DNA from: Scenedesmus sp. PABB004
Taxonomy: Eukaryota
Length of the DNA stretch: 64,000 nucleotides
NCBI GenBank assembly: GCA_014905635.1
Contig: JABVCE010000009.1
Location: 682,001-746,000 of the forward strand
Direction: 5' to 3'
In this document: positions 62,044 to 64,000 of the stretch, piece by piece
How the letters are laid out: each line of letters opens with the position of its first letter
How positions within the stretch are numbered: position 1 is the stretch's first letter
Notes under the pieces: generated by a model
The model's database searches: none
Seen by the model: only the letters and a program-made list of their open reading frames with translations
What the model was told of the DNA's origin: nothing
Position numbers and translations under genes: made by a program

Positions 62044-62125
62044 TGCTGCTATACATGCGCGGGGAAAAGGTTGAGAAGCTCACAGTGAGCTTCTCCAACT
62101 CTTTTCCGGCACATGTATAGCAGCA
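62044..62125. ncRNA. Hairpin 3, pre-miRNA-like (82 nt)
   Basis: TGCTGCTATACATG/CATGTATAGCAGCA, GGAAAAG/CTTTTCC and GAGAAGCTCAC/GTGAGCTTCTC stems with small bulges. Confidence 0.55.
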
Positions 62126-62203
62126 AACAATGTGGCGGGGCAGGTTTAAACACGCGAGCGGCGCCAAACTCGTGCCGCCGCCGGCTCTTGCGTCTGCGCG
62201 TTG

Positions 62204-62318
62204 CCGTGTCCCGCCGAGGCCGCGCGCGATCATGCGCGCGCCCGCCGACTGTGCACCGCCGCCGCCGACGTCCGAAGCGCGCGCCCCGGCAGTCTCGAGT
62301 CGCGCGCGCACGCCGCGC
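62204..62318. repeat. Bipartite motif copy 2
   Basis: Matches the blocks at 61750-61848. Confidence 0.85.
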
Positions 62319-62741
62319 CTACGTGCGCGCGGCGAGATCAGCGCCCGCCGCGCCGCCGCCGCTGCAGATCAGTACAGTGGGAGCCGAGGTCTGCGGCCGC
62401 CAACCTTGAACAGCACAAGCACAAGCACACGAGCGCTGCGCGCGCGGCATGCGTCACGCCCTGGCCACGCACGACACCAACGCCCCGCGTGCCCCCTGCC
62501 ACACCCCGGGACAGACGGCTGGCTACCTCTGCGCTGCGCCTGGCGCCACCCGCTGCGTCGCCACCCCTGCTGCTGCCGCGCTGCCAGCCCGTCGCCGGGC
62601 GCGCCGCAGCGGCGGCCTACCGCTACCGTACCGCCTGCCAGATCAGGGTTCCGGGCGCGCGCCGGCGCCATGTGCAGAGAGAGGGAAAGAGGAGTGCGTG
62701 GTGGGGCGGCGCGCCCGCGCCCGCGCCCGCGCCTACTGCTA

Positions 62742-64000
62742 CTACGCGCGGCGCAGCAGCTTGGTGATGCACATCACGGCCGCCTCGGTGTGCGCGGCGA
62801 CGCGGGGCAGCGAAAACATGCCCGCGTCGAGGCCGAGCACGCTGATGTGCAGCGCCGCGGCGCGCGCGTGCTCGCTGCCGAGCACGTCGGGGCTCTCGAG
62901 GAACTGCTGCACGCGCATGACGGTCTGGTGCATGCCGTCGGTCATGCGCAGCAGCTCCTGCATGCTCTCCATCAGCGCGCGCTCGCTCTTGGCGAGCGCG
63001 AGCGCGCGCTCCGCGGCGCCGCCGGCGGCGCGGGGCGCCGCCGCGCCGCCGCCGCCGCCGCCGGCGCCGGCGCCGCCGCCCGCGGGCTCCGCCGGCGGCA
63101 GCGTCACGCGCTCCTGGTTGGAGGTGTTGCTGTCGTCGGGGCTGCTCTTGTTGAACGCCTGCTGCCCGCCCGCCGCTGACCAGGCGCCGGGGCTGGGCGG
63201 CTTGCCCGCCGCCGCCGCGGCCGCCGCCGCCGTGGCCGCGGCCGCCGTGGCCGCCGCCGCCGTGGCCGCCGCCGCCGCCGCGCGCTGCGCCTGCAGGCGC
63301 GCCTGCGCCTGCGCGGCGCCGGCAGCGGCGCCGCCGCCCGCCTTGAGCGCGCGCACGTGCGCCTCGAGCTGCTTGCGCTGGTTGTGCAGGTTGCGCATGT
63401 TGGCGATCGCGCCGAGGCGCTCCAGCAGCATGCGCAGCGCCTGCTTGGCGACGTCGGGGCCGCGGCAGTTGCTGCAGCTCGCCATCGCCATCGCCGAGAG
63501 CGCGCCCGTCTGGCGCAGGAACTGCGCGCCGCTCAGCCCCGCGACGTGCGCGGCGAGGCGGTCGACCGGCGCGCCCGCGCCGCGCAGGCGCGCGAGCAGG
63601 CGCAGCGCCGCGTCCCACGCGAGCAGGAACTCGGCCGTGCTCAGCGCGTAGTGGCTGAGCCCAAACACGTCCCACGCGCCCAGGCTGTTGTGCCGGCGGT
63701 CGCCCTGGTGCTTCAGCTGCTTCGCGCGGTCCATGAGGCTGCCCAGGTACGCCAGCGCCTCCTCCTGGCTGCGCACGGGCCGGTCGTCCGGCGGCAGCGC
63801 GCGCTGCCGCACCGGCGGCACCGCCGACAGCACCGCGAGCGCGCGCGCGACGGGCGTCATCGCGCCGGGCGCGAGCTCCAGCAGCCGACCGCCGGCCGCC
63901 GCGCCGCCGCCGCCGCCGCCGCCGAGCGGCGCCGGCGCGGGCGGCGCGGGCGGCGCGGGCGGCGGCGCGGGCATGCTGACGGCGTCGAGCCCGCGCGCCG
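62742..64000 (-). CDS. 3' terminal exon of a large protein with an AF4/FMR2 C-terminal homology (CWZF tri-helical)-like domain; 5' part outside window
   Basis: Open frame of >410 aa with protein-like composition; LMDRAKQLKHQGDR...HYALSTAEFL resembles the EAK.LKH.AD...Y..A...F pattern. Confidence 0.6.
   Translation of the reverse strand, partial: ARGLDAVSMPAPPPAPPAPPAPAPLGGGGGGGAAAGGRLLELAPGAMTPVARALAVLSAVPPVRQRALPPDDRPVRSQEEALAYLGSLMDRAKQLKHQGDRRHNSLGAWDVFGLSHYALSTAEFLLAWDAALRLLARLRGAGAPVDRLAAHVAGLSGAQFLRQTGALSAMAMASCSNCRGPDVAKQALRMLLERLGAIANMRNLHNQRKQLEAHVRALKAGGGAAAGAAQAQARLQAQRAAAAAATAAAATAAAATAAAAAAAAGKPPSPGAWSAAGGQQAFNKSSPDDSNTSNQERVTLPPAEPAGGGAGAGGGGGGAAAPRAAGGAAERALALAKSERALMESMQELLRMTDGMHQTVMRVQQFLESPDVLGSEHARAAALHISVLGLDAGMFSLPRVAAHTEAAVMCITKLLRRA

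Noticed and set aside
61506..62311. Minus-strand ORFs (165 and 177 aa) across the hairpin cluster
   Set aside because: No recognisable motifs; the sequence is better explained by base-pairing symmetry

Overview
Eukaryotic nuclear DNA, not prokaryotic. It is extremely GC-rich (roughly 80% by eye), gene-dense and intron-rich. Gene content (BTA1, fibrillin-5, CPP1, lumenal FKBP16-1, J-ferredoxin chaperone, DDX1) and TGTAA poly(A) signals point to a chlorophyte green alga, probably Chlorophyceae/Sphaeropleales (inference). Most long ORFs in the six-frame track are GC artefacts, so I rebuilt genes by hand-splicing; exon boundaries and some starts are approximate. About 21 genes: CLP1 (partial), plastid-type NAD-MDH, TXNDC17/Clot, BolA2, DDX1, a TM-F-box-LRR protein, CHMP1, an orphan membrane protein, two DUF2156 (MprF-type aminoacyl-tRNA transferase domain) paralogs, NUP160, TRM8, a YqaJ nuclease, FBN5, CPP1-like, BTA1, a flavodoxin fusion, HAS1/DDX18, RPC6, FKBP16-1, a CDJ3/4-like chaperone and a partial AF4/CWZF-like gene. 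Most interesting signals: (1) the tail-to-tail DUF2156 pair shares a ~1.46-kb near-identical inverted core but has diverged termini, so inversion would swap their C-termini; (2) three unrelated near-perfect hairpins (pre-miRNA-like) lie between two copies of a bipartite motif at ~61.75-62.3 kb; (3) a box C/D-like element with a compensated K-turn stem encloses a (TG)72 tract in a TRM8 intron, resembling GU-repeat scaRNAs; (4) a ~485-bp duplication of the BTA1/flavodoxin divergent promoter flanks the flavodoxin gene; (5) GC-AG introns are very frequent. All family assignments come from recalled motifs; no database search was run.
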